From contig OZ253954.1 of NCBI GenBank assembly GCA_965267405.1, positions 1,593,070-1,657,069 of the forward strand: a stretch of 64,000 nucleotides of DNA, written 5' to 3'. The notes under the pieces are model-generated. The model had not been told where the DNA came from, made no database searches, and worked only from the letters and a program-made list of their open reading frames with translations. This stretch comes from Boseongicola sp. Its GTDB lineage: Bacteria; Pseudomonadota; Alphaproteobacteria; Rhodobacterales; Rhodobacteraceae. Shown here in pieces: positions 39,755-48,238 of the stretch (within the stretch, counting starts at the first letter, position 1; every line of letters begins with the position of its first letter). Position numbers and translations under genes: made by a program.

Positions 39755-39781
39755 GGGTCGCTTCGAGCGGCCCTTTTTTTG
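39755..39781 (+). terminator. rho-independent terminator of the HU gene
   Basis: GGGTCGCT-TCG-AGCGGCCC followed by TTTTTTT. Confidence 0.8.
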
Positions 39782-39838
39782 TGCCAAATGGACGGCTGGC
39801 ACACCCGCCGATGAAATGGTACCCGGCGGTGAACAACT

Positions 39839-40717
39839 TTGGACCGCACCGTGGACATTCGCGCAATCATCATGGGCTTGGCGTTCGCGCTGATGTGGTC
39901 TTCGGCCTTCACCTCGGCGCGCATCATTGTCACCAACGCACCGCCGTTGACCGTCTCAGCCGTGCGATTTCTTATCGCCGGTATCGTGACGCTCGCGATT
40001 GCCAAGTTTGTCGGTCAAAGCCTTCGTCTAACGCGGTCGCAATGGCGCCTGACCATCCTCTTCGGGATTTGTCAAAACGCCCTTTATCTGGGCCTGAATT
40101 TCATTGCGATGCAGACGATCGAGGCTTCACTGGCGGCGATTGTTGCATCGTCCCTGCCACTTTGGGTCGGGTTGGCCGGTTGGCTGCTTTGGAGAGAACG
40201 ACTGGCACCTATAGCGGTTGCCGGACTCTTCGGTGGCTTTGCAGGTGTCGCCTTGATCATGGGAACGCGATTGGGTGCCGGCGTTGATATCTACGGACTA
40301 GCACTGTGTTTGATCGCGGTTCTCGCGCTGACATTCGCAACGTTGGCCGTTCGAGGAGCGTCCGCTGGTGGCAATCTACTGACGGTGGTCGGGATGCAAA
40401 TGTTGGTTGGGTCTGCTGCGCTGACCTTGCCCGCCCTCGGTGAAACCTGGGAGTTCAACTGGAGCCCGACGCTGGTTGTGGCCATCCTGTACACAATCTT
40501 CGTGCCCGGTGTGATTGCCACGATTGTCTGGTTTCAGCTTGTTAACCGCATTGGAACTGTGCGCGCGGCAACGTTCCATTTCCTAAATCCGTTTCTTGGC
40601 GTTGCGATTGCGGCCGCACTTCTCGGCGAGGCTTTGGGGTGGCTCGATATCATTGGTGTTTCGATTATCACCCTGTCAATTCTCGCTGTTCAGTTGTCCA
40701 AAACGAAAGAAACCTGA
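39839..40717 (+). CDS. DMT-superfamily (EamA-like) transporter
   Basis: Ten predicted TM helices in two EamA-like halves (ALMWSSAF...R......G). The TTG/GTG start is uncertain. Confidence 0.78.
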   Translation: MDRTVDIRAIIMGLAFALMWSSAFTSARIIVTNAPPLTVSAVRFLIAGIVTLAIAKFVGQSLRLTRSQWRLTILFGICQNALYLGLNFIAMQTIEASLAAIVASSLPLWVGLAGWLLWRERLAPIAVAGLFGGFAGVALIMGTRLGAGVDIYGLALCLIAVLALTFATLAVRGASAGGNLLTVVGMQMLVGSAALTLPALGETWEFNWSPTLVVAILYTIFVPGVIATIVWFQLVNRIGTVRAATFHFLNPFLGVAIAAALLGEALGWLDIIGVSIITLSILAVQLSKTKET

Positions 40718-40784
40718 CGGCCTTGTGATGGCCTGACAGCGGGATTTAAGTGACAAATTCAAGAATCTAGATAGGACAAGGTCG

Positions 40785-41498
40785 ATGGAACTTGTCCTTG
40801 GATACTTTGCGGGCCTGTTGACACTGATAAACCCGTGCGTCCTGCCGATCTTGCCGATCGTGCTGGCAACGTCATTGCAGGCCGGCCGCTCGGGGCCTTT
40901 GGTTCTGGCCTTGGGATTGAGTTTGAGTTTCGTCACACTCGGCCTGTTTGTCACTGTTTTGGGCCGCGCGTTCGGCATTTCAGAAGAGATGGTCGCCAAC
41001 ACAGGCGCCGTTTTGATGGTTGGGTTTGGCCTTGTCCTTCTTGTTCCCCAATTTTCCGAGCGCTTTGCTACAGCCACCGCTGGGTTCGCGTCACATGCCG
41101 ACGCCGGACTGGACAACGTCGATCGTTCGGGGCTGACAGGTCAGTTTGTTGCGGGCGTTCTCTTGGGTGCCGTCTGGAGCCCATGCATAGGCCCAACTCT
41201 TGGCGGGGCGATTTCTTTGGCCAGCCAAGGCGAAAGCTTGCTCTGGGCGGCTGCGATTATGACAACTTTTGCGCTCGGGGTTTCAACGATCATTCTGGCG
41301 CTTGGCTACGGCGCGCAAAGTGTGATCCGCCAACGCCAAAGCATGATGCGCCGTCTGGCTGTGTCGGCCCGGCCGCTTATGGGCGCTGTTTTTGTGCTCG
41401 TTGGGCTGGGAATACTCTTCAAAGTTCATCACGCCTTGGATGCATGGCTTTTGGACAATCTACCCACTTGGATAACGGACCTTTCCGTTGCGATTTAA
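40785..41498 (+). CDS. ccdA: cytochrome c biogenesis / thiol-disulfide electron transporter CcdA (DsbD-family core)
   Basis: LTLINPCVLPILP in TM1, VWSPCIGPTLG in TM4, and six TM helices. Confidence 0.85.
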   Translation: MELVLGYFAGLLTLINPCVLPILPIVLATSLQAGRSGPLVLALGLSLSFVTLGLFVTVLGRAFGISEEMVANTGAVLMVGFGLVLLVPQFSERFATATAGFASHADAGLDNVDRSGLTGQFVAGVLLGAVWSPCIGPTLGGAISLASQGESLLWAAAIMTTFALGVSTIILALGYGAQSVIRQRQSMMRRLAVSARPLMGAVFVLVGLGILFKVHHALDAWLLDNLPTWITDLSVAI

Positions 41499-41515
41499 CC
41501 GTTAGGAGACGTCAA

Positions 41516-41926
41516 ATGGACCGTCGCACTTTTCTTGTAACTTCTGCAGCTGCTTTGGCGGCAGGACCCGTCCTTGCCGGGGTGGGCACCAAATATACAC
41601 CTGGCCTCGTCGACAAAGAACTCGCCGCCGGGAAAACCGTGTTCATCGATTTCTATACGGACTGGTGCTCGACGTGCCGCAGCCAGGAACGCACGATCAA
41701 CGCGTTTCTCGACGCAAACCCGGCGTATGAAGCCAACGTCAGCTTTATCGCCGTCGACTGGGATGTTCACTCTGGTTCTGACCTTGCCAAGCGTTTGAAC
41801 ATCCCACGTCGCTCTACCCTTGTTGTTCTGCGCGGCGACGAAGAGCTTGGTCGCATCGTTGCTGGAACAAGCAAGTCCAAAATCAAAGCGCTGATGGACA
41901 CGGCCTTAACTGCGGCGACTGCCTAA
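41516..41926 (+). CDS. periplasmic thioredoxin-fold protein with Tat-type signal
   Basis: This is the real gene inside the artefactual 363-aa ORF 40835..41926. MDRRTFLVTSAAALAAGPVLA is a twin-arginine signal. FIDFYTDWCSTCR carries the CxxC. AGGAGA RBS. Confidence 0.75.
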   Translation: MDRRTFLVTSAAALAAGPVLAGVGTKYTPGLVDKELAAGKTVFIDFYTDWCSTCRSQERTINAFLDANPAYEANVSFIAVDWDVHSGSDLAKRLNIPRRSTLVVLRGDEELGRIVAGTSKSKIKALMDTALTAATA

Positions 41927-43053
41927 CGCGGGCCGAGGGCGCGCCGCACCAGCATAAGCGTCAAAATGAATGAGGGCAGGGCGGTCGCGAAGGCCGCCCT
42001 CAGCCCGTAGTACTCCGACACCCAGCCCATAAAGGCAGGGGCAATCATCATCACGATACTTGTTGCCAAGACCATTGCTGCGACGCTGTCTGCGGCGGGC
42101 CGATCGGGTATCCGTGCCGCTGCTGTAATTGTCATGGGGAACAATATTGCAGTGCCAAGACCAATCAGTGCAAAACCGATCAGCGCAGACCATAACCCCG
42201 GCGATACAATCACCAGTAAGAGTCCGAACAACGCTGCCCCGCTTTGCGCATAGATGACCCGGGTCTGGCCAAATCGTTCTATCCATCCGTCCGACAACAA
42301 GCGACTGATCATCAAACAGCCAAGATACGCAGGCAACGCAAGTGTATCCAACCAATCCGGTGCACCGAAATTCTGGTCCATGAAGATCACCGACCAGTTT
42401 TGTGTACCGCTTTGACCGATCCCGGCGGACAGAGCAAACAGCATCAGGATCAGTGTCTTTCCGTCAGGCCAGGCAAAACCCTTACGCTCGCTTCGATCAT
42501 CCTCGGCGCGAGGAGCCGGTTCAATGGGTATCAAGGCAACAAGAACCCCGGCGATGATCAAAGGTGCGATCAGACCAAGATGTAATGCGGTGGAAACGGG
42601 CAACGCTCTCGCTGCGACGCCAACCAATGAGGCCAACAACATGCCCGCACTCCACAGCGCGTGTGCGCGGTTCATAACCTTGCGACCAGAATGAGATTCA
42701 ATCCTGTCGGCTTCGATGTTCATGGCGATGTTGGTGAAAGAAAACACCGTGCCGTTCACCAGGAAGACGGCAAAAATCGCGGGCACGCTTCCGACTACAC
42801 CGGTCAATGCGGAAAGGACCGCCATCGCCGGCACACCAATCAATAGGGTCAGCTTAGTGCCAAACCTTGCGATCATGCGGGCCGATACAAACAGCGCGAA
42901 CATACCGCCAAGTGCACCCAGCGTCAGACCAAGCCCAAGTGTCGCATCGTCCATGCCCAGTCGCGATTGAATATCCGGCAGGCGCGCGAATACGCCGCCG
43001 AAAGTGGCTGCATGTAGGAAGAAAACAAAGATAATGGCGCGCGCTGGGCTCAT
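41923..43053 (-). CDS. MFS transporter
   Basis: 376 aa with about 11-12 TM helices. The pattern is Gly/Ala/Leu-rich and typical of MFS. Confidence 0.75.
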   Translation of the reverse strand: MSPARAIIFVFFLHAATFGGVFARLPDIQSRLGMDDATLGLGLTLGALGGMFALFVSARMIARFGTKLTLLIGVPAMAVLSALTGVVGSVPAIFAVFLVNGTVFSFTNIAMNIEADRIESHSGRKVMNRAHALWSAGMLLASLVGVAARALPVSTALHLGLIAPLIIAGVLVALIPIEPAPRAEDDRSERKGFAWPDGKTLILMLFALSAGIGQSGTQNWSVIFMDQNFGAPDWLDTLALPAYLGCLMISRLLSDGWIERFGQTRVIYAQSGAALFGLLLVIVSPGLWSALIGFALIGLGTAILFPMTITAAARIPDRPAADSVAAMVLATSIVMMIAPAFMGWVSEYYGLRAAFATALPSFILTLMLVRRALGPR

Positions 43054-43057
43054 GCCG

Positions 43058-43510
43058 TCAGTACATCTGAGCGATGCCTTTCAACGCAAGCCCGGCAATG
43101 CCTTCAAGCTTTGCGATTTCGTCCGATGTCAGCGGCCCACGATTGGTGTTTCGCGCACCCACAAACCATCGGGCAAACCCTTGCGTGGATTGGTAGTTAA
43201 GTTGGTTCAAATTCAATGACTCTCCACAGCAGGGAGTTTCGTGGCGGTGGAGATGAAAGCCATCTTCGCCATGCCAATCTTCATCCATCCAAGCATGCCA
43301 CTGCTGATCAGAAATCTCTGCTGCGCATTTTGGGCAGGTGATGCGTTCGAAGTTTTCGCCGCAGTCAATGAACTGCAACTTGCCATAGTCTTTGACCCGC
43401 GCCTCATCTGTTCCGGCAAGAGACGCCAGTCCATCACGAAGTGCTGTGGTTGTATCCGGAAGTTCCGCCTTCGGGTCTGCTGGGATGACGACGAGGAAGT
43501 GGTCAGACAT
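43058..43510 (-). CDS. hypothetical protein with Cys-pair motifs
   Basis: The ATG at 43508..43510 overlaps the aroC stop codon (TGATG). [12 protein letters not shown]...CPKC...CCG suggests a possible Zn site. No family recognised. Confidence 0.5.
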   Translation of the reverse strand: MSDHFLVVIPADPKAELPDTTTALRDGLASLAGTDEARVKDYGKLQFIDCGENFERITCPKCAAEISDQQWHAWMDEDWHGEDGFHLHRHETPCCGESLNLNQLNYQSTQGFARWFVGARNTNRGPLTSDEIAKLEGIAGLALKGIAQMY

Positions 43511-44610
43511 CAACCAATAGGTCCGCGTTCGCCGCCAGTCTGTGCGCGATCAAGCAGGATGTGGTCCAGTACCACGGCGGCAGCCATTGCTTCAGCAACG
43601 GGTACAGCGCGAATGCCAACGCATGGATCGTGGCGACCTTTCGTGATGATTTCCGTTGCCTCGCCCGACTTTGTGATCGTCTTGCGCGGTGTCAAAATGG
43701 ACGACGTTGGTTTAACCGCAAACCGGACTACAATGTCCTGTCCAGTTGAGATACCGCCCAAAATGCCGCCTGCATGGTTGGACGTGAACACTGGGCCCTC
43801 GGACCCCATCTCGATCTCGTCGGCATTCACGACACCGGTCAGCTTTGCAGCTGCCATGCCTTCGCCAATCTCAACGCCCTTCACAGCGTTGATCGACATC
43901 ATCGCAGCCGCCAGATCGGTATCCAACTTCGCGTAAATCGGCGCGCCAACTCCTGCCGGGCACCCCCGAACTGTCACTTCGATTGTTGCGCCGACCGACG
44001 AACCGTCTTTTCGCAAAGCATCCAGGTAATCTGCCCAATCTTCTGCTGCAGTGGCGTCGGGTGTCCAAAACGGGTTCTGTTCGATTGCGTTCCAATCGAA
44101 CCGGGACCGGTCGATCTCTTTCTCTCCCATGCCAACCATGTACCCGGTGACTTGAACACTCGGGGCGATTTTGGCCAACGCCGCGCGCGCAACGCCGCCG
44201 GCGGCAACACGTGAGGCTGTTTCGCGGGCAGACGACCTGCCACCGCCGCGATAGTCGCGAATGCCGTACTTCTGCCAATAGGTGATGTCGGCATGTCCAG
44301 GGCGGAACTTTTCGGCGATATCACCGTAGTCTTTCGACCTTTGATCGGTGTTGCGGATCATCAACTGGATCGGCGTTCCCGTTGTCACGCCCTCAAACAC
44401 GCCAGACAGGATCTCAACCTCGTCCGCTTCGCGACGCTGTGTGGTGAATTTGTTCTGCCCGGGTTTGCGCTTGTCGAGCCAGACCTGCAGATCCGCTTCG
44501 GTTACCGGAACACCCGGTGGGCAGCCGTCAACTGTCGCGCCCAAGGCAGGCCCGTGGCTTTCGCCCCATGTTGTGACACGAAACACATGCCCGTAGGTGT
44601 TGAAACTCAT
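43510..44610 (-). CDS. aroC: chorismate synthase
   Basis: [45 protein letters not shown] and RHDPCV are AroC signatures. Confidence 0.96.
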   Translation of the reverse strand: MSFNTYGHVFRVTTWGESHGPALGATVDGCPPGVPVTEADLQVWLDKRKPGQNKFTTQRREADEVEILSGVFEGVTTGTPIQLMIRNTDQRSKDYGDIAEKFRPGHADITYWQKYGIRDYRGGGRSSARETASRVAAGGVARAALAKIAPSVQVTGYMVGMGEKEIDRSRFDWNAIEQNPFWTPDATAAEDWADYLDALRKDGSSVGATIEVTVRGCPAGVGAPIYAKLDTDLAAAMMSINAVKGVEIGEGMAAAKLTGVVNADEIEMGSEGPVFTSNHAGGILGGISTGQDIVVRFAVKPTSSILTPRKTITKSGEATEIITKGRHDPCVGIRAVPVAEAMAAAVVLDHILLDRAQTGGERGPIG

Positions 44611-44745
44611 GAACGCGCTCCCGCTTGATCGAACCCGGCTTAGCGGTGGCGCGTTGGCTTGCCAAGATCCCGCGGTGGAATGAAGCCAACAATGTTGCAC
44701 GAGGCGCGTCGTAAACTACGCCCCGTGCCCGGGAGGAAATCTAGC

Positions 44746-45330
44746 TCAATGCGAAGATTGCTGAACCGGGGTGATCTTACCGATGGGTGCACCAGCCAGT
44801 GCACCATGTTCACGCAAAGTATCACTCGAATCTGCGCGATAGACGCAATAGGTGCCTTCGTTCGTCAGATATGAGTGGTCCCACTCAATGGTGTCGCCCA
44901 ACTTTTCGATGGCGGCATTCGAGTTCTGCGAGATCTTTTGTTTCTTCTCCAATCCAAAGAAACCGACACCCGGGATAGGGCGCTCGATCACGAAGACTTG
45001 GTGACCCTCGCGGGGCATGTCACCGGCCGCCTCACCGCCTCCGACGGTAGGTGAGTTTACAAACAGGACTTCCGAGATCTTTTCGACCTCAAGCGACGCT
45101 GATGCGATCATGGTCTCAAGCGCGTCCTGAGTGTCGGCAGAGAAAACCGCATATGAATCCGGCCCCGCCGAAAACGTTTCATCCAAAGATACCGCGTGAG
45201 CACTCAATAGACTTTGTGAAGGTGGGTTCAGCGGTTCGTTGAGTTCTACGACGAATTGCCCGGCATTGGCGGCATTCGCGCTTGCAAGAATCGCAGCACT
45301 GATCACTGCGCTGGTGAGAAAGTTGGTCAT
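44746..45330 (-). CDS. secreted protein with C-terminal DUF4242-like domain
   Basis: The ATG at 45328..45330 follows AGGAGG. Signal peptide MTNFLTSAVISAAILASANAANA. The C-terminal half (VFVIERPIPG.....L...S......L...I.W.HSY.T.....CVY.A......REH......P...I..V) matches my recollection of DUF4242. The N-terminal half looks like a weaker repeat of the same fold. Confidence 0.6.
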   Translation of the reverse strand: MTNFLTSAVISAAILASANAANAGQFVVELNEPLNPPSQSLLSAHAVSLDETFSAGPDSYAVFSADTQDALETMIASASLEVEKISEVLFVNSPTVGGGEAAGDMPREGHQVFVIERPIPGVGFFGLEKKQKISQNSNAAIEKLGDTIEWDHSYLTNEGTYCVYRADSSDTLREHGALAGAPIGKITPVQQSSH

Positions 45331-45424
45331 AAGGCCTCCTCCTATACTATACGTATCATGGTTAGTTTCGCCAAAAGTGCTCTTGGCTCGCGCAAGGTTC
45401 GGTGATCGGTGTGGAAAGTCCTGA

Positions 45425-47056
45425 ATGAGACACGAAAAAAATACGAAATCGCGAAATTGGATCGCGGTTGGCACGTGTTTTTTTGACGTCGAAAGTGCTG
45501 TTTTACAGGATGAATCCGGCAAAGAGCTTCGGCTGCGACATCAATCCGGGAAAGTTCTTGGTGTTTTGGCGCGCGCAGCCAACGAGGTCGTGGCGAAGGA
45601 TGATATCGTTGAACAGGTTTGGGGCGGCATCGCCACGACGGACGACTCACTGGTGCAATGCATCGCCGATATCCGCAGGCTCGTCGGGCGTGATGCCATC
45701 GAAACTATTCCAAAAACCGGATACCGGCTGAACGCCAGTCCTGTTGAAAGCCACAAGGGTCCAGTCACAAAAAATGCCAGGGCAGCAATTGTCGCAGTCT
45801 GTGCTTTGCTTCTGGTTGGTATCGGTTGGTGGTCGTTCTTCGGCGAAAACGAAACCAACCCTCAGGACAACGCGGTTGTTCCGCCTCCAATTCTGGCAGG
45901 CCAAACGCTGGCCGTATTGCCTTTCATCCACTTGGGTCAGGAAGATGAGCTTCGGTTCTTCACGTCAGGACTAAGCGAAGACTTGACGACGTCGCTTGCG
46001 AAAGTCGCCGATCTGACAGTCATTGCCCCCGGTTCAAGTTTTGATTTTCCCGATGCTGAAAGCGGTTTCCGCAGGATCGCCGAAGACCTGAATGTCCGTT
46101 ACTTGGTACGTGGAACGGTTCGTCACCACGATAACTGGGTCCGGATCAACGTCTCGCTGATAGACGCTGTATCGAACGCAAATCTTTGGGCCGAAAGTTA
46201 CGACCGAGATCGTGCCGACCCATTCGATGTCCAACAAGATGTGACTCGTCGAATTGTCGGCGCACTATCGTTGGAACTGGACGTCGACGCGAGCGTAGCA
46301 ACCCGGGTTGAGCCGGATGCCTTTTACATGCTGCTGAAGGGAATGGAGAAGCTCCGTCAACATTCAGCAACTGCAAATCTCGAGGCGCGGCAGTTTTTCG
46401 AACAAGCAGTAGCGTTGGATCCTGACTATGCGCGCGGTCATGCAAACATTGCAGTGACTTATGGTCGTGAAACCGTTTTGGCGCGGCCAGAGCAAGTATC
46501 GCGGGCGCAGATCGAGAAAGGACTGCAGGCTGCCGTGACGGCCATCCAGCTAGATCCTGAAATTCCGCACGCCTATCTCGCCGTAGGGGTGCTGAATTTG
46601 GCCTTGGGTGCGCATGATAACGCTATGGCCGCGGCGCGCCACGCGATCAGGCTCGATCCTAACTTTGCTGAAGGCTACGCGCTTCTTGCCGAAGCGAGTG
46701 TGCTTGGTGGCGACTTGGCAGAAGGACAGGTGGCGATCCAGCGGGCTAAGCGCCTCCATCCGCATCACTCATTCTACTATGATTGGCTCGAAGGCCAGAT
46801 CTTGTTTCATCAAGAGGACTTTCCAGGGGCTATTGAGCTTTTTGAAACTGTGGAAGCTGAAAACCCCGGCAACCTACTCAATCTCATCGCGATGATGGCG
46901 GCCTTCTCGCACGTCACAGATTCTACCGGGGTCGATAGGGTTCGTGAGCGGATCGATCTTGTTGCACCGGACATTGACTGGAATGAAGCAGCAGACCGGT
47001 TCGGCTATTCGGTTTCCAATCGCACACAGCGGATCGCCTCGGGTCTGGAAAGCTAG
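45425..47056 (+). CDS. membrane-anchored winged-helix (CadC/ToxR-like) regulator with periplasmic TolB-like and TPR region
   Basis: N-terminal OmpR/PhoB-type DNA-binding pattern (LR....KVL..LA......V.K..I...VW.......D.SL..CI..IR.......I.T.PK.GYRL), one TM helix (AAIVAVCALLLVGIGWW), then TPR-like repeats. Confidence 0.7.
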   Translation: MRHEKNTKSRNWIAVGTCFFDVESAVLQDESGKELRLRHQSGKVLGVLARAANEVVAKDDIVEQVWGGIATTDDSLVQCIADIRRLVGRDAIETIPKTGYRLNASPVESHKGPVTKNARAAIVAVCALLLVGIGWWSFFGENETNPQDNAVVPPPILAGQTLAVLPFIHLGQEDELRFFTSGLSEDLTTSLAKVADLTVIAPGSSFDFPDAESGFRRIAEDLNVRYLVRGTVRHHDNWVRINVSLIDAVSNANLWAESYDRDRADPFDVQQDVTRRIVGALSLELDVDASVATRVEPDAFYMLLKGMEKLRQHSATANLEARQFFEQAVALDPDYARGHANIAVTYGRETVLARPEQVSRAQIEKGLQAAVTAIQLDPEIPHAYLAVGVLNLALGAHDNAMAAARHAIRLDPNFAEGYALLAEASVLGGDLAEGQVAIQRAKRLHPHHSFYYDWLEGQILFHQEDFPGAIELFETVEAENPGNLLNLIAMMAAFSHVTDSTGVDRVRERIDLVAPDIDWNEAADRFGYSVSNRTQRIASGLES

Positions 47057-47117
47057 ACGCACGCTCAAGCGCTGGGTTTTCGGCACCTTGCGCCCATCTT
47101 TGACCCAACATATACAA

Positions 47118-47212
47118 ACCGCACCTCGGGGTGGCCGACATGGCCTGAGATGCACGCAAGTGCGGACCCGTAGAACCTGAACCGGTTAACACCGGCGGAG
47201 GGAAGGTGACGC
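47118..47212 (+). promoter_or_regulatory. TPP (thiamine pyrophosphate) riboswitch
   Basis: CACCTCGGGGTGG...CCTGAGA...GACCCGTAGAACCTGAACCGGTTAACACCGGCGGAGGGAAGGTG contains the conserved CUGAGA, ACCC..AACCUGA.CCGG.UAA..CCGGCG.AGGGA core and a closing P1. It lies immediately upstream of thiB. Confidence 0.88.
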
Positions 47213-47254
47213 ACTTCTCACCCAACTTCCGCCCGTCGAAAGAAGGAACGAGAG

Positions 47255-48238
47255 ATGCGAACCTCAATTCTTGCGGCAGGGCTAATGGCAGCAACTTCGG
47301 CAATGGCCGACACGCCAGTTCTGACCGTATACACCTATGACAGCTTTGTTTCTGACTGGGGTCCCGGACCTGCAGTGGAAGAGGCATTTGAAGCCGTCTG
47401 CGAATGCGACCTGCAACTTGTCGGAGCAGGAGACGGAGCCGCGCTGTTGGCCCGCATAAAACTCGAAGGCACGCGAAGCGACGCCGATATCGTATTGGGG
47501 CTGGATACAAACCTGACCTCTGCTGCAGCGGATACTGGTTTGTTTGCGCCGCATGGCCAGTCGCCTGAAGGCCTCGCGTTGCCCGTTGAGTGGGACGATA
47601 CGAATTTCCTGCCGTATGACTGGGGTTATTTTGCGTTCGTTCACAATGCGGACATGGAAAGTGCTCCGACCAACTTTGAGGAACTGGCCGCTAGCAACGC
47701 AAAGATCGTCATCCAAGACCCACGTTCTTCCACGCCGGGGCTCGGATTATTGCTGTGGGTGAAAAACGCCTACGGCGACAATGCACCAGCCATTTGGGAA
47801 GGCCTGGCCGACAACGTCGTCACGGTGACGCCGGGGTGGTCAGAAGCCTATGGGTTATTTCTTGAAGGCGAGGCCGACATGGTCCTTTCTTACACGACTT
47901 CGCCGGCCTATCACCTGATCGCTGAAGAAGACGCGTCGAAGACGTCGGCCGCATTCAGCGAAGGTCATTACATGCAGATTGAAGTTGCGGGCAAACTGGC
48001 GTCCAGCGATCAAACCGATCTTGCCGATCAATTCCTGTCTTTCATGATGTCCGATGCATTCCAGTCGATCATCCCAACGACCAACTGGATGTTTCCAGCC
48101 GTGACTCCGGCCGGAGGCCTTCCAACAGGTTTTGAGACACTGGTTTCACCGGACAAGGCTCTGATCTTTTCTGCCGACGATGCAGCGCAAGTTCGCGACG
48201 CCGCGCTTGAAGAATGGCTGACCGCACTCAGCCAATAG
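47255..48238 (+). CDS. thiB: thiamine ABC transporter substrate-binding protein
   Basis: Signal peptide, VYTYDSF..DWGPG, and the periplasmic binding protein fold. It sits downstream of the TPP riboswitch and upstream of the permease and ATPase. Confidence 0.9.
   Translation: MRTSILAAGLMAATSAMADTPVLTVYTYDSFVSDWGPGPAVEEAFEAVCECDLQLVGAGDGAALLARIKLEGTRSDADIVLGLDTNLTSAAADTGLFAPHGQSPEGLALPVEWDDTNFLPYDWGYFAFVHNADMESAPTNFEELAASNAKIVIQDPRSSTPGLGLLLWVKNAYGDNAPAIWEGLADNVVTVTPGWSEAYGLFLEGEADMVLSYTTSPAYHLIAEEDASKTSAAFSEGHYMQIEVAGKLASSDQTDLADQFLSFMMSDAFQSIIPTTNWMFPAVTPAGGLPTGFETLVSPDKALIFSADDAAQVRDAALEEWLTALSQ

Noticed and set aside
40835-41926. 363-aa ORF spanning ccdA and the thioredoxin gene
   Set aside because: The first ~227 codons are an out-of-frame read through ccdA, giving an Arg/Gly/Pro-rich nonsense-like sequence. 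Only the last 136 codons, from ATG 41516 with its own RBS and Tat signal, look like a real protein.
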